Origin: Actinomycetes bacterium
GTDB lineage: Bacteria; Actinomycetota; Actinomycetes; Actinomycetales; Demequinaceae
Reading direction: 5' to 3'
NCBI GenBank assembly: GCA_023442845.1
Contig: JAEZXC010000066.1
Span: 499-64,498 of the forward strand
DNA: 64,000 bases
Shown: positions 31,480 to 42,753 of the stretch, piece by piece
Layout: each line of letters starts with the position of its first letter
Position numbering within the stretch: position 1 is the first letter of the stretch
Notes under the pieces: model-generated
What the model was told of the DNA's origin: nothing
What the model saw: the letters and a program-made list of their open reading frames with translations, nothing else
Database searches by the model: none
Program-made: the position numbers and the translations under genes

Positions 31480-33939
31480 CTATCCGATCCCGCCAACCGG
31501 AGTCGGCAACGTCTGGCCGGACCCGTCTCGGCGGCCGAACTCCTGAGGTAGGTCGAGCGGTTGTCCCGACGCTGCGGCGGCTCGCGCTGGCGCAGCCCCA
31601 ACCCACGCTGCAAGAAGAGCGTCTTCACCCTTGAGGAAGCGATGAGCACGGACGCCGCCGGTGGCACGCCCCTTGCCCGGGTATTCGGTCAGGGGAGAGA
31701 CTTTGGCGGCTCCTGGTTGCGTTCCCGGAAGCCCGTCGGTCGAGCCGGACACGGTGACGACGACGGCGTCTGTGCCTTCCATCACGACGTTGAAAGACAT
31801 CACCGATGCGCCGGGCGCGAGCTTCATTCCGGCCATTCCACCTGCGGGGCGACCTTGGGGACGCACCGAGCTCGCAGGGAAGTGAAGCAACTGAGCATCC
31901 GACGAGACAAAGACAAGCTCTGCATCGTCAGGTGCGGGTGCAGCGCCCACGACTTCGTCCCCGTCCTTCAGGCCAATGATTTCCCACGCATCGCGTGATG
32001 GCGCAGGCTCCGGCGTCACGCGCTTGACAACGCCGTGCCGGGTGCCGACGGCGAGTGGAATGTCGCTGTCGAGTGGCACGAGCGCTACGGGATCCTCACC
32101 GCGCTCAAGCACGACGAGTTCGCGTATTGGCGCGCCTCCCGCAAGCGATGGCGGGTCGTCAGTTGACGGCAGCGCCGGAACCTCGAGGAGCGAGAGCCGC
32201 ACAACACGACCGGCCGACGTCAGCACGCCCACATCGGCCCGGGCAGACGACGACACAACGGAGACGAGGGCATCGTGAGGGGAGCGTCGGCCTTCGCGTG
32301 CTACCGGGTGGTCGTCAGCGGTGCGCGCGACGAGTCCCGTCGTTGACATGAGGGCGAAGCATGGCGTGTCAGGAATCTCGAGGTCGGGGGCGGCCGCGCG
32401 GCCCCGAGCCGACGAGGTAGCGGAGGTGGCGGCGCTCACACCGGCAACCGCGGCGGTCACTGTGTTTCCCGCATCTGCCAGCAGAATTGTGCGCCGGGGC
32501 GTCCCGTGTTCAACGGCGACGGCGTCCATCTCACGCCCAACGACGGCCCGCAAGACTGCGTCGGACGCAAGGATCTCTTCAAGCTCAGCGATCTGAGCGA
32601 GCAACTGCGACTTCTCGTTTTCGAGTTCGAGCCGCGAGAACTTCGTGAGGCGGCGCAGACGCAGTTCAAGGATGTACTCCGCTTGAACCTCGCTGAGATC
32701 AAAAGCGAGCATGAGTCGGTCTTTGGCGGTAGTAGCGTCGTCGGACGTCCGAATAATCTGGATCACTTCGTCGATGTCGAGGATCGCAATGAGGAGGCCG
32801 TCGACGAGGTGGAGGCGGTCCTTGCGCGCTGCTAGCCGGAATTCGGAGCGCCGGCGCGTCACATCGATGCGGTGATTCACCCATACGGACAGCAGGTCAT
32901 TGAGGCCGAGTGTGCGAGGCTCGCCATTGACGAGCGCGACATTGTTGATCGCGAAGTTCTCCTCAAGCGGTGTCAGTTTGTACAACTGCTCGAGCACTGC
33001 TTCGGGTGAAAAGCCGGTCCGAACTTCGATGACGAGACGCAGCCCGTGGTGACGATCGGTAAGGTCCGTGACCGCCGAAATACCTTGGATCTTCTTGGCA
33101 GAGACGCCGTCCTTGATCTTCTCAATGACGCGTTCCGGTCCGACGCCATACGGGAGTTCGGTGACGACGATGCCTTTGCGCTTTGCTGTGACGTTCTCGA
33201 TGCGGGCGGTCGCGCGCGTGCGGAAGGCTCCACGGCCGCTTTCGTAGGCCTGCCGAATCCCGTCGAGCCCCACGATTTTGCCGCCCGACGGAAGGTCAGG
33301 GCCGGGCACAAACTTCATGAGGTCATCGAGGCCAGCCGAGGGGTTGCTCAAGAGATGGCGAGCGGCCGAAACGACTTCGATGAGGTTGTGAGGCGCCATG
33401 TTTGTCGCCATGCCCACGGCAATACCCGCCGCGCCATTCACCAAGAGATTTGGCAACGCACTCGGGAGCACCGAAGGCTGGCGGAGTTTGTTGTCGTAGT
33501 TGGGGACGAAGTCAACGACGTCTTCGCTGAGATCCGCGACCATGGCCATCGACGCCGGAGCAAGGCGTGCCTCGGTGTACCTCGATGCGGCCGGGCCGTC
33601 GTCAAGCGACCCAAAGTTGCCGTGCCCGTCAACGAGCGGCAGGCGCAAAGAAAAGGGCTGCGCCATTCTGACAAGCGCATCGTAAATAGCCGAGTCCCCG
33701 TGAGGATGCAGTTTGCCCATGACCTCGCCGACCACACGCGACGACTTCACATGGGGACGGTCTGGGCGCAAGCCCATATCGCCCATCGTGTAGATGATGC
33801 GGCGCTGGACAGGCTTTAAGCCGTCACGCGCGTCAGGCAACGCACGTGAGTAGATGACGGAGTATGCGTACTCAAGGAAGGACGACTCCATCTCGGCACT
33901 CACGTCGATGTCGACGATCTGTCCCGCAGGCTCGCTCAT
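31480..33939 (-). CDS. parC: Type IIA topoisomerase subunit A (topoisomerase IV type)
   Basis: [32 protein letters not shown], beta-pinwheel CTD; start ATG 33939. Confidence 0.9.
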   Translation of the reverse strand: MSEPAGQIVDIDVSAEMESSFLEYAYSVIYSRALPDARDGLKPVQRRIIYTMGDMGLRPDRPHVKSSRVVGEVMGKLHPHGDSAIYDALVRMAQPFSLRLPLVDGHGNFGSLDDGPAASRYTEARLAPASMAMVADLSEDVVDFVPNYDNKLRQPSVLPSALPNLLVNGAAGIAVGMATNMAPHNLIEVVSAARHLLSNPSAGLDDLMKFVPGPDLPSGGKIVGLDGIRQAYESGRGAFRTRATARIENVTAKRKGIVVTELPYGVGPERVIEKIKDGVSAKKIQGISAVTDLTDRHHGLRLVIEVRTGFSPEAVLEQLYKLTPLEENFAINNVALVNGEPRTLGLNDLLSVWVNHRIDVTRRRSEFRLAARKDRLHLVDGLLIAILDIDEVIQIIRTSDDATTAKDRLMLAFDLSEVQAEYILELRLRRLTKFSRLELENEKSQLLAQIAELEEILASDAVLRAVVGREMDAVAVEHGTPRRTILLADAGNTVTAAVAGVSAATSATSSARGRAAAPDLEIPDTPCFALMSTTGLVARTADDHPVAREGRRSPHDALVSVVSSSARADVGVLTSAGRVVRLSLLEVPALPSTDDPPSLAGGAPIRELVVLERGEDPVALVPLDSDIPLAVGTRHGVVKRVTPEPAPSRDAWEIIGLKDGDEVVGAAPAPDDAELVFVSSDAQLLHFPASSVRPQGRPAGGMAGMKLAPGASVMSFNVVMEGTDAVVVTVSGSTDGLPGTQPGAAKVSPLTEYPGKGRATGGVRAHRFLKGEDALLAAWVGAAPARAAAASGQPLDLPQEFGRRDGSGQTLPTPVGGIG

Positions 33940-34039
33940 GCACACTCCGTCTCCGGCTCGGCAGGGGTTGTCCGCCATTGTCCACTGCGCAGACGAGGCA
34001 GGTCGCCACGCCACGCGCGCAGGTGCGACAATATCCCGC

Positions 34040-34606
34040 ATGTCGTCTTCGCTTGCCCACGCTATTGCGGGCGCTGGCTACTATCCGGCGCTTGCACAAC
34101 ACGTCCTCCGCAGCGCTATTGGCGACGAGAAGGTGCGAGCGCACTTTGTGCACGCGGAGACCACCTTCGATTCGGCAGAAGTACGCCGCCACATGTCGGT
34201 ACTTGTGCTCACCGACACGCATCTGCTCCGTGCTCACATCGACGATGGGGCTGGTCCTCAGAGCGGGGGGACGCCGGCAGCGTCGGCCACCGTTGAGTCT
34301 GCACCTCTTCGCACGATCAGTTCTGTGGCCCTGACGCATGTGATTCACCATCCCGAGAACTTCTCCGAAGGCGACGTACCCCACGAACTCGTGCTCGCTG
34401 TTGGGTGGGGAGTACATTCACGGATCGACCTCGAGCCCGCTCACTGCGGTGACGAGAACTGCGACGCGGACCACGGTTACACGGGTGATCTCACGGGTGA
34501 CGACACGCTTGCACGCGCAAGTGTCATCGCTGATGGAGATGAGTCGGTCCGTGCGCTCGAAGAGTTCGGCAAGGCGCTCAACCGGGCTGTGGGCCGCCAC
34601 ACGTGA
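34040..34606 (+). CDS. DUF5998 family protein
   Basis: [40 protein letters not shown]. Confidence 0.85.
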   Translation: MSSSLAHAIAGAGYYPALAQHVLRSAIGDEKVRAHFVHAETTFDSAEVRRHMSVLVLTDTHLLRAHIDDGAGPQSGGTPAASATVESAPLRTISSVALTHVIHHPENFSEGDVPHELVLAVGWGVHSRIDLEPAHCGDENCDADHGYTGDLTGDDTLARASVIADGDESVRALEEFGKALNRAVGRHT

Positions 34607-35769
34607 CAGCGGGAGATCGACTCGCCGCTCTCGGCCTCGAACGCCCGGATTATGGTGGGCGGGAACTCGGCGCAGTTCTGTCGGCATGTCTCGACGCGAT
34701 CGGTGCGGGCCACGTGGTCGTAGGCCGGGACTCCGCCAACGACCGCGAGCGCCTCGGCATCCCGGCGGCGCGCCACGTGGTGGTTGTGATCCTCGACGGC
34801 CTGGGCTTCTATCAGTTGGAGGCTCGCAGCGGCCACGCGCCCTTCTTGCGCTCGATTTCTGCTGGGCATCTGACGGCTGGTTTTCCGACGACGACGGCGA
34901 CCTCTCTTTCGCTCTTTGGCACTGGATACGGCGCTGGCCAGACGGGCATGACGGGCTACACGGCGCGTAACCCGCGTACCGGCCGTCTCGCGAACCTCAT
35001 TTCGTGGGAGGGCGCGTATGACCCGGAGGAGTGGCAGCCCTGTCCCTCTCTTCTCGAGGGCGCGGCGAGGGCGGGGATTGCTGTGACGACGCTCGGCAAC
35101 CACGGATTTGAAGGCTCAGGTCTGACTCACGCGGCATTGCGCGGCGGGCGCTTCGTCGCTACAAGGCACCTTGCTGACCGTGTCGATATCGCTCAGAACG
35201 TCGCTCATGAACCAGGAATCACCTACATGTACTGGGGCGATATCGATGCCGCGGGCCACAAGCATGGGTGGCAATCGGACCATTGGGTCGCGGCGGTGGA
35301 AGACGCTGATCGCGAACTACGACGCTTGGCGGGTTCATTGCCGGAAGGCGCCGTCATGGTGGTCACGTCCGATCACGGCATGGTCGATGTCGACGGACAG
35401 CCCCGTTGGGATGTCGCAGGCGACGCGATCCTTGCTCGGGATGTCGATCTCGTCGCAGGCGAGCCGCGGGCCCTCCACCTCTACGTGGACTCCGCCTCTC
35501 TTGACGCCGTCACCGAACGGTGGAGTGAGCATCTGGGCGACCATGCCGTCGTCATGACCCGGGGGGAAGCCGAGGGCCTCGGCTTATTCGGTCCCGTGAA
35601 CGAGCAGGTGACGTCACGCCTGGGCGACATCATTGTCGCCATGGCTCAGCGGGCGATTGTTGTCGATTCACGCACCCAAACACCGCATTCGCTCAACCTC
35701 ATCGGCATGCATGGATCATTGACGCCGGCAGAGCTGACCGTGCCGCTTCTCATCGCGGGCAGGCTGTAA
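34603..35769 (+). CDS. Alkaline phosphatase / nucleotide pyrophosphatase-phosphodiesterase family protein
   Basis: ILDGLG, FPTTTAT, DAAGHKHG, TSDHG, GMHGS. Confidence 0.88.
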   Translation: MTAGDRLAALGLERPDYGGRELGAVLSACLDAIGAGHVVVGRDSANDRERLGIPAARHVVVVILDGLGFYQLEARSGHAPFLRSISAGHLTAGFPTTTATSLSLFGTGYGAGQTGMTGYTARNPRTGRLANLISWEGAYDPEEWQPCPSLLEGAARAGIAVTTLGNHGFEGSGLTHAALRGGRFVATRHLADRVDIAQNVAHEPGITYMYWGDIDAAGHKHGWQSDHWVAAVEDADRELRRLAGSLPEGAVMVVTSDHGMVDVDGQPRWDVAGDAILARDVDLVAGEPRALHLYVDSASLDAVTERWSEHLGDHAVVMTRGEAEGLGLFGPVNEQVTSRLGDIIVAMAQRAIVVDSRTQTPHSLNLIGMHGSLTPAELTVPLLIAGRL

Positions 35770-35775
35770 CCCCTG

Positions 35776-36765
35776 CTACGTGTCGCTGCGCGCGCCAAAG
35801 ACAATTTCGTCCCAACTCGGGACAGAAGCACGTCCCTTGCGTGGCTTTGGCCCGTCCTTGTCGGGCTGAGGAGTACGCGCCGAGCCAGCCGGATGCGGCA
35901 TCGTGCGGGACTGCGGCTGCGGGGCCTGCGTGGGCAGCTCGCCCGAATGGGTTGAGCGCGCGGGGCCAAAGCCCTCAAAGCGCTCATCGCCCTCATCGTC
36001 GTCCTCGTCCATCTCGATCGGCTCGCGCGTGCCGCGCCGTGCCGCGAGGTCTTCAAGGAGATCATCGGTGTGGCCGCCAGAGGACTCGCCGAGCACACCC
36101 TGTTCATCGGCAGTCGACGTGACCGCAGCTGGCCTACGCGGTTCAAGCGGAACTGCATCAACACGCACGGCGCTCAGGTGGCGACGCGGAATCGGTGCTT
36201 CAAGCAGTTCCGTTTCCGTCAGCCACGCAGCCTCGTCGTCCTCAGCGGTGAGCGCCTTGGCGACATGATCGAAGGTCCACGCCGCACGAATGGTCCGACC
36301 GCCAACCACGTAATCCGCGGCAACCTTCCACGGCTCGTCCACGCCGCGCCATGCGTCCCACTTGACCGCGTCCGCGTCGACGCCACGGCTGGCAAGGCGA
36401 TCACCAACCAAGTCGATGAGCGTGGGTGCGGTTGAGTCCGTGCCGACTCGGGTGCCGTGAGCAAGTTGCACGATGTACGCACGCTCGGCAAGCACAGGCG
36501 CCTCGAACTTGACGAGCGCTTCGAGTGGTTCCCCCGTCAGATGCGCGAGCTCTGCGGCGTTGAGACCCGCACGGATGCGCTGCTGGATCTCTCGTGGCGT
36601 GAGCGACGTTGCCTGCCCCGGTTCGACCGCGCGCGTCACTCGTGCATGTCGCACAAGAGCTCGCAGTTCGTCAGAGATCTCAAGGCGCAGTTCTGCGCCA
36701 TCCTCGGCGACCAGCAACACGTGTGTGCCGTCCTCGGACAATCCCTTGAGGTGAGCAACGGTCAT
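35776..36765 (-). CDS. sepH: Septation protein SepH (DUF3071)
   Basis: LTPREIQQRIRAG, FEAPVLAER, WDAWR, C-terminal RASVPSWDEIVFG. Confidence 0.9.
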   Translation of the reverse strand: MTVAHLKGLSEDGTHVLLVAEDGAELRLEISDELRALVRHARVTRAVEPGQATSLTPREIQQRIRAGLNAAELAHLTGEPLEALVKFEAPVLAERAYIVQLAHGTRVGTDSTAPTLIDLVGDRLASRGVDADAVKWDAWRGVDEPWKVAADYVVGGRTIRAAWTFDHVAKALTAEDDEAAWLTETELLEAPIPRRHLSAVRVDAVPLEPRRPAAVTSTADEQGVLGESSGGHTDDLLEDLAARRGTREPIEMDEDDDEGDERFEGFGPARSTHSGELPTQAPQPQSRTMPHPAGSARTPQPDKDGPKPRKGRASVPSWDEIVFGARSDT

Positions 36766-36837
36766 TGCTCCACTGTGCCACGCAACGACGCGTGGCGCGC
36801 GGTACGGCACGCCCGAACGCTGTGTCACGCTGGAGAC

Positions 36838-37662
36838 ATGGTCGATTCGCTCGCACTTCATGACATCGCATCGCTACTCGCTCGCGAGGCAGGCGCGTTG
36901 GTGAAGCGCGGCCGCGCGGAGGCTCACGTCACCACAACGAAGTCATCTCACATCGACATCGTCACGCAAATGGACACGGCCGCTGAGCAACTCTTGCGTA
37001 CGAGGCTCGCCTCACTTCGACCTGACGACTCGATCCTTGGTGAGGAAGGAAGCGATGTCCACGGCACATCGGACGTGACGTGGGTGATCGATCCCATCGA
37101 TGGAACGGTCAACTACCTCTACGGGCTGCCGCACTACGCCGTCTCCGTGGCGGCCGTGACCGGAGGAGCGGATCCGACGACGTGGACCGCGCAAGCGGGC
37201 GCAGTGTGCGATGGTTCGGGTGTGCTGTGGTCGGCAGCACGCGGCCACGGCGCGTGGCGTGAGGGTGTGAGGCTCAACCGAGACTCTTCGGCTCCGCTTG
37301 ATGCCACCTTGCTTGCCACGGGGTTTCAGTACATCGCCGAGCGCCGCACAGCTCAAGGACGAATCGTGGCGGCGATGCTCGGATCGGTGCGCGATATTCG
37401 TCGCCTTGGGGCGGCAAGTGTCGACTTGTGCCTCGTTGCCGCTGGCGAAATCGACGCCTATTACGAGCATGGGCTCAAGCCGTGGGACCACGCGGCGGGT
37501 GCGCTCATTGCCGCGGAGGCTGGCGTGAAGGTCGCGGGAATTGACGGCGGCCCCGCAGATGAACATCTCCTTATCGCGGCCATGCCGGAAACGTGGGATG
37601 AGTTGAGGGACGCGCTCGTTGAGGCGGGTGCACGCTCACCGTGGCCCGTGAAATCGGCCTAG
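36838..37662 (+). CDS. suhB: Inositol monophosphatase family protein (second copy in window)
   Basis: ILGEEG, WVIDPIDGTVNY, RRLGAASVDL, WDHAAG; start ATG 36838. Confidence 0.9.
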   Translation: MVDSLALHDIASLLAREAGALVKRGRAEAHVTTTKSSHIDIVTQMDTAAEQLLRTRLASLRPDDSILGEEGSDVHGTSDVTWVIDPIDGTVNYLYGLPHYAVSVAAVTGGADPTTWTAQAGAVCDGSGVLWSAARGHGAWREGVRLNRDSSAPLDATLLATGFQYIAERRTAQGRIVAAMLGSVRDIRRLGAASVDLCLVAAGEIDAYYEHGLKPWDHAAGALIAAEAGVKVAGIDGGPADEHLLIAAMPETWDELRDALVEAGARSPWPVKSA

Positions 37663-37768
37663 AGTTCGCGCAAACCGGTTTTGTGGTGCACAATGCCTGC
37701 GCCACGCGGGAACAAAAAGTGCTCGCTATGCATTGATCACACACCACCAGGTGAATGGAGACTCACGG

Positions 37769-38068
37769 ATGGCGACCGACTACGACGCCCCGCGCAAGAC
37801 TGACGACGAGATCGCGGCGGACTCGATTGAAGAGTTGAAGGCGCGTCGCTCTGACAAGAGTTCGGGTGTGGTCGACGAGGATGAGGCCGACGTTGCCGAC
37901 AGCTTTGAGTTGCCAGGCGCAGACCTATCGGGCGAAGAACTGTCGGTGCGTGTGCTCCCGCCGCAGCAAGACGAGTTCACATGCATGTCCTGCTTCTTGG
38001 TGCACCACCGCAGCCAGCTGGCAAGTTTCAAGGGCGACCAGCCGATTTGCTCGGAGTGCGCGGCTTAA
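37769..38068 (+). CDS. DUF4193 family protein (second copy)
   Basis: MATDYDAPRK, ELPGADLSGEEL, EFTCMSCFLVHH, CSEC. Confidence 0.9.
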   Translation: MATDYDAPRKTDDEIAADSIEELKARRSDKSSGVVDEDEADVADSFELPGADLSGEELSVRVLPPQQDEFTCMSCFLVHHRSQLASFKGDQPICSECAA

Positions 38069-38110
38069 GCAGGTCGAATTGGACGCGTTAAGCGCCTAGG
38101 GTGGAGCACC

Positions 38111-38575
38111 ATGACAAGCGTCGAGGTGTTGATCAGCACGACAACGAGCGATGTGCCCATTCCGTCGTACGCTCACCCGGGCGACGCGGGCGCTGATCTC
38201 ACAACCCGGGTCGCCATCACCCTTGCACCGGGCGAGCGTCGGACGGTGCCAACGGGAGTTCGTATCGCTCTACCTGATGGCTATGCCGCGTTCGTGCATC
38301 CGCGCAGTGGCCTTGCGTCGCGCCATGGGGTCACGGTCGTCAATGCGCCCGGAACGGTCGACGCTGGCTACCGAGGAGAGATCAGCGTCACCTTGCTCAA
38401 TACCGACGCTCATGAAGCGGTCTCACTGTCCGTTGGCGATCGCATTGCGCAGCTTGTCATTCAACGGGTCGAGAAGGCGCGATTCATCGAAGTCGATACC
38501 TTGCCCGGTTCACACCGTGGTGAGGGCGGCTTTGGGTCAACGGGTACCGCCACGGATGCTGCTGGGACCGCGTGA
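38111..38575 (+). CDS. dut: dUTP diphosphatase (second copy)
   Basis: [34 protein letters not shown]. Confidence 0.97.
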   Translation: MTSVEVLISTTTSDVPIPSYAHPGDAGADLTTRVAITLAPGERRTVPTGVRIALPDGYAAFVHPRSGLASRHGVTVVNAPGTVDAGYRGEISVTLLNTDAHEAVSLSVGDRIAQLVIQRVEKARFIEVDTLPGSHRGEGGFGSTGTATDAAGTA

Positions 38576-38874
38576 CGACGATGGTTCATTCCAGCGCGCC
38601 ACTCGATGTGACTCCCGCGGGAGCCCTCACCGTGCGGAGCGTCGCGCGGGTACGCGGACGGGTCCACTACGTGGAAGTGAGCCCGGCTGATCGTCCCGCG
38701 CGGCTCGTTGTGCGCCTCGTCGATGACAGCGGCGCTATCGATTGCGTCTTCCTTGGCCGCCGGGGGATTCCGGGGATTGAGCCGGGCGCAGTGCTGCACG
38801 TCGAAGGCCGCGTCGCTGCGGGTGAGGATGTCGCCATGATCTACAACCCCCGCTACGAATTGCTGCCCGCATGA
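38572..38874 (+). CDS. OB-fold nucleic-acid-binding protein
   Basis: DDSGAI..FLGRRGIPGI, IYNPRYEL; conserved dut-OB-DUF3159 order. Confidence 0.8.
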   Translation: MTTMVHSSAPLDVTPAGALTVRSVARVRGRVHYVEVSPADRPARLVVRLVDDSGAIDCVFLGRRGIPGIEPGAVLHVEGRVAAGEDVAMIYNPRYELLPA

Positions 38875-39548
38875 GCGACGCCGTGCGTGAGCCCCGCAAG
38901 GCGATGCCCGCTCAGCAATTGTTGGGTGACGATTTTGATTGGGCTGAGGCGATTGGTGGCTGGCGCGGTCTTGCCGAGGCCGTTGCTCCTGGCGCAGTCT
39001 TTGTCGCGGCGTTCCTTATGTGGGGCGGCTACCGAGTCCCGGTGATCGCTTCCGTTGCGATCGTCGTCGTTCTTGTGATCGTGCGGCTCATCCAGCGCAC
39101 ACCCGTGACGCAGGCACTCGGTGGACTCTTTGGGGTCGCGCTCGGTGCGATATGGGCCTGGCGAGCGGGCGATGCGAACGAGTACTTTGTCCCGGGCTTC
39201 TGGTACACCGGCGTCTACACGATCGCGCTTTCGTTGTCGATGGCGCTTCGCTGGCCGGCCGTCGGCATCGTTGTTGGGCTACTCAAGGGTTGGTCGACCC
39301 GCTGGCGAGCGGATCGGCGTGCGATGCGCCGCTTCCAGATTGCGACGGGTTTCTACGTCGCCACGCAGGTCGTCAAACTTGCGGTCCAGATCCCGCTCTA
39401 TCTCGCGGGCGCGACGGCCGCACTGGGAACGGCCAAGCTCGCTCTCGGTGTGCCGTGGTTCGCAGTTGCGCTCTTCGTTATGTGGCGGATGGTGCGGAAC
39501 GTAGAACTTGCTGAAGAGCATCGGGATCCGCCTCCGCCGACAAAATAA
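38871..39548 (+). CDS. DUF3159 membrane protein
   Basis: AIGGWRGLAE, VQIPLYLAG, LGTAKLALGVP. Confidence 0.85.
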   Translation: MSDAVREPRKAMPAQQLLGDDFDWAEAIGGWRGLAEAVAPGAVFVAAFLMWGGYRVPVIASVAIVVVLVIVRLIQRTPVTQALGGLFGVALGAIWAWRAGDANEYFVPGFWYTGVYTIALSLSMALRWPAVGIVVGLLKGWSTRWRADRRAMRRFQIATGFYVATQVVKLAVQIPLYLAGATAALGTAKLALGVPWFAVALFVMWRMVRNVELAEEHRDPPPPTK

Positions 39549-40152
39549 ACAACAGTTCGTCGAGCGGTTCGAGAGTGTCCTCGGGACTGGGAGCGATCGT
39601 TCGGTCGCCGCGCACGATGCACGAAAGAACGACGTCGTCCGGCAATGAAATATTGCGCAATGGGACACCGCCGAGCGGGGAGTCTGAGGGCAACGTGACC
39701 TCAATGATGGCGGCTCCCGACTGGTGAAACGTGAAGACCTTGACGAGGTCACCGACGGCAACGGCCTCTTCCACCATCGCCGTCATGATGCGGGGAGTGG
39801 ACACCGCGACATCGACGCCCCACTGCGAGTCGTACATCCACTCATTGCGGGGGTTGTTGACGCGCGCGACGGTGCGAGGGACCGCAAATTCTGTCTTCGC
39901 CAACAAAGAAATGACGAGATTTGCCTTGTCGTCTCCCGTTGCGGCGACGACCACATCCATCGTTTCGGTGCCGGCTTCCCGCAACGCTGCTAGCTCACAC
40001 GCGTCGGCCAGCATCCACTCTGCTTGGGCTACCTGCGACACGCGCATCGCGCTGGGGGAGTGATCGATGAGTAGAACGTCGTGACCGTGCTCGAGGAGGT
40101 CGCGCGCGATCGAGCGACCCACCGAGCCAGCTCCGGCAATCAGCACTTTCAC
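39478..40152 (-). CDS. trkA: TrkA/CeoC RCK-domain potassium uptake protein
   Basis: IAGAGSVG, ATGDDKANLV, ARVNNPRN, TrkA-C domain. Confidence 0.92.
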   Translation of the reverse strand: MKVLIAGAGSVGRSIARDLLEHGHDVLLIDHSPSAMRVSQVAQAEWMLADACELAALREAGTETMDVVVAATGDDKANLVISLLAKTEFAVPRTVARVNNPRNEWMYDSQWGVDVAVSTPRIMTAMVEEAVAVGDLVKVFTFHQSGAAIIEVTLPSDSPLGGVPLRNISLPDDVVLSCIVRGDRTIAPSPEDTLEPLDELLFILSAEADPDALQQVLRSAPSAT

Positions 40153-40814
40153 GAGGCGCTCCTTGGGGCGTGGCTGACTACTTTGACGACATCCCGGGAC
40201 GTGGCGTCGGCAAGCACAAAATGGAGGTCGTCGCCCGCCTGCAGAATCGTCGATGCGTCGGGAAGAACGGCGGTGCCAAAGCGCGAAATATAGGCGATAC
40301 GAGCACCCGATGATTTCTCAAGTTCGGATGCCTTGTGCCCAATCCACCCGTCATTGAACGGCAACCGGCGCATCACGACCCCCACATCAGGGTCGGTGAA
40401 TTCCGCGTCGGAACCTCCTGGCAAGAGTCGCGTGACAATCTGTGCGGCCATCCACGGCACCTGGGCCACCGTCGCAATGCCGAGCCGCTCATACACTTCG
40501 GCCCGGGCGGAATCCGCAATCCGGGCCACGACGTTCTCAACCCCGTACGTTTCCCGGACGACGCGCGCCGCGAGAATGTTCGAGTTGTCACCGTCAGACA
40601 CGGCTGCAAACGCGAACGCGTCTTCGACGCCTGCAGCAACCAGCGTGTCGCGGTCGAACCCGAGCCCGGTGATTCGTTGGCCCTGGAAGTGGGCGGGCAA
40701 ACGGCGGAACGCGACAGCCACCGAGTCAATGATGGCCACCGAGTGACCACGCGACTCGAATTCGACGGCAAGAGTGGCGCCAGTGCGGCCACAACCCATG
40801 ATCACCACGTGCAC
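40149..40814 (-). CDS. trkA: TrkA/CeoB RCK-domain potassium uptake protein
   Basis: MHVVIMGCGRTG, GDNSNILAAR, VVARI. Confidence 0.92.
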   Translation of the reverse strand: MHVVIMGCGRTGATLAVEFESRGHSVAIIDSVAVAFRRLPAHFQGQRITGLGFDRDTLVAAGVEDAFAFAAVSDGDNSNILAARVVRETYGVENVVARIADSARAEVYERLGIATVAQVPWMAAQIVTRLLPGGSDAEFTDPDVGVVMRRLPFNDGWIGHKASELEKSSGARIAYISRFGTAVLPDASTILQAGDDLHFVLADATSRDVVKVVSHAPRSAS

Positions 40815-40854
40815 GCCACCACGCTATACCGGACGAAGCCTAGGATGGTGCGAC

Positions 40855-42753
40855 GTGCAGCGGTTTATTGAGCGCGTCAAGCTCTTCGCCTTTGGCGCTC
40901 CGGTCGCCACGGACGTGGTGCGTACCCACACGTTGCGGACGCGCCTCGCTCTGCCCGTGTTTGGTGCCGGGGTCTTGTCGGCTGTCGCGTACGGCCCCGA
41001 CGCAGTTGTCGAGGCACTGCGTTCAGGTGGCCAGCAGAGCGCAATTCCTGCGATGGCGCTTGGTTCTGTTCTCATCCTCGCGTTGCTTGGCGCGGCTTAC
41101 GCGTCGCAAGTGCGTGCGTTCCCGCATGAGCGTGGTGACTACGGCGTGGTGCGCGACCGGCTCGGGCCCAGATTTGGAATGGTCACGGGCGCGTCGCTCC
41201 TCACCGACTACTTGTTCACCGTGGCGATCTCCGTATCGGCGATCGCCTCGGTCCTCGCCTTTCTCATGCCGTCATGGGATGGCAAGGCGACCCTCATTGG
41301 CGTTGCCGCCTTGGGCGTCATGACGCTAGTCAATCTGCGTGGCGTTCACGACAGGGTGCGTGTGCTTCTTGCGGTATGGCATGGCTTTGTTCTCGTCATC
41401 GTCGTGCTTGTCGTCGTAGGCGCCATGAGGCAGGACGAGGCGACGGGCCTTGTTCCGGAAGCCACAGCGTCGGGCGGATGGCCGGTGCTCGTGGCATACG
41501 CAGGCGCCGTCGCGTCGGGTGCCGTGATGGTGACCGGTATCGAGCACCTCGCGGCATCGGGGCCCGCCCATGCGGAACCGCGCGGGAGGCGGGCGTCACG
41601 GACCCTGTTGATCGCGGTGCTTGCGAGCGCCGGCGCCTTCTACGCAGTGCTGTGGTTGGCGTCGCACTTTCGCCTGACCGGCTGGAACGACGGCTCGATC
41701 CTCATGCAGGTGTCAGAACGGGTGTTCGACACCCCCGTCGCCGTGTGGATCGTTGGCGTCGCTGCCGGCATGATCCTGTGGGCGGCTGGCTCGAGCGTCT
41801 TCCGGCGCTTTTCGAGGCTAACGGGTCTGCTCGCGGTGGACGGCGTGTTGCCTCGCCAGATGGCGATGCGAAACGACCGTCTGGTTCAGCGCGGTTCGAT
41901 ATTGCTCGTTGCCACGCTATCCGCCGTCATCGTCATCGCCGTCGAGGCAAGTGTGAGCCAATTGGTTCACATGTACATCGTCGGCGTCTTCACGTCGATT
42001 GTCCTGAGCCAACGCGCAATGGTGGAGTGGACCCGGACGAAGTACCAGACCGCAACGGCGCCGAAGGATCGCTTGCTCCTCGGTATGCGTCGCGTCCTCC
42101 ACATCGCGGCACTCGTTGCGGCAACCGGCGTGCTTGTCATCACGGCGGTATTCAACTTCGCAAACGGTGCATGGATTGCGATCGCGCTCATCGTCATCGT
42201 CGTCGTTCTCATGGGCGCGATCAAGAAGCACTACGCGGCCGTGCGCGTCGACCTCGCGCTCGACAAGGGCGCGGACTCGCCAACGTTGCCGTCGGCGACG
42301 CACGGAATCGTGCTCGTCGCGCAACTTCATCGGCCTGCACTGCACGCCTTGTCCTATGCAAAGGCAGCACGCCACTCGACGCTTAAGGCGGTGACGGTGC
42401 AAATGGATCGAGGCGCCTCGTTGGCGTTGGAGAAGCGCTGGGCAGCGATGAACGTCGGTACGCCGCTCGTCGTCCTCGACTCTCCATATCGCGACCTCGT
42501 TGGACCGGTCCTTGCCTACGTGAAGAGCTTGCACTTGCGGTCCCCACGCGAGGCGGTGTTTGTCTATGTGCCCGAGTACATCGTGGGACGGTGGTGGGAG
42601 CAATTGCTCCACAACCGCAATACCGCGCGGTTACGGGCGCAGTTGCTCAATGTGCCCAATGTCGTCGTCAGCGCCGTCCCTTGGAAGCTCGAATCAGCGC
42701 GGCGTGACCGCACGATTGCCACCGTGTTGGCAGAAGAAGTGGAGATGCCGTGA
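40855..42753 (+). CDS. APC-superfamily permease, KimA-like
   Basis: LSAVAYG, LLTDYLFTVAIS, NLRG, TGIE, cytoplasmic domain SPYRDL, LLHN; divergent from the trkA pair. Confidence 0.85.
   Translation: MQRFIERVKLFAFGAPVATDVVRTHTLRTRLALPVFGAGVLSAVAYGPDAVVEALRSGGQQSAIPAMALGSVLILALLGAAYASQVRAFPHERGDYGVVRDRLGPRFGMVTGASLLTDYLFTVAISVSAIASVLAFLMPSWDGKATLIGVAALGVMTLVNLRGVHDRVRVLLAVWHGFVLVIVVLVVVGAMRQDEATGLVPEATASGGWPVLVAYAGAVASGAVMVTGIEHLAASGPAHAEPRGRRASRTLLIAVLASAGAFYAVLWLASHFRLTGWNDGSILMQVSERVFDTPVAVWIVGVAAGMILWAAGSSVFRRFSRLTGLLAVDGVLPRQMAMRNDRLVQRGSILLVATLSAVIVIAVEASVSQLVHMYIVGVFTSIVLSQRAMVEWTRTKYQTATAPKDRLLLGMRRVLHIAALVAATGVLVITAVFNFANGAWIAIALIVIVVVLMGAIKKHYAAVRVDLALDKGADSPTLPSATHGIVLVAQLHRPALHALSYAKAARHSTLKAVTVQMDRGASLALEKRWAAMNVGTPLVVLDSPYRDLVGPVLAYVKSLHLRSPREAVFVYVPEYIVGRWWEQLLHNRNTARLRAQLLNVPNVVVSAVPWKLESARRDRTIATVLAEEVEMP

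Noticed and set aside
27616..33939. gyrB/gyrA or an origin region
   Set aside because: Genes are convergent and separated, next to rpoD, with no dnaA/recF; this fits the second (topoisomerase IV-type) enzyme
39478..39548. 71-bp convergent overlap of DUF3159 and trkA as antisense regulation
   Set aside because: Short 3' overlaps are common in compact high-GC loci; no further support
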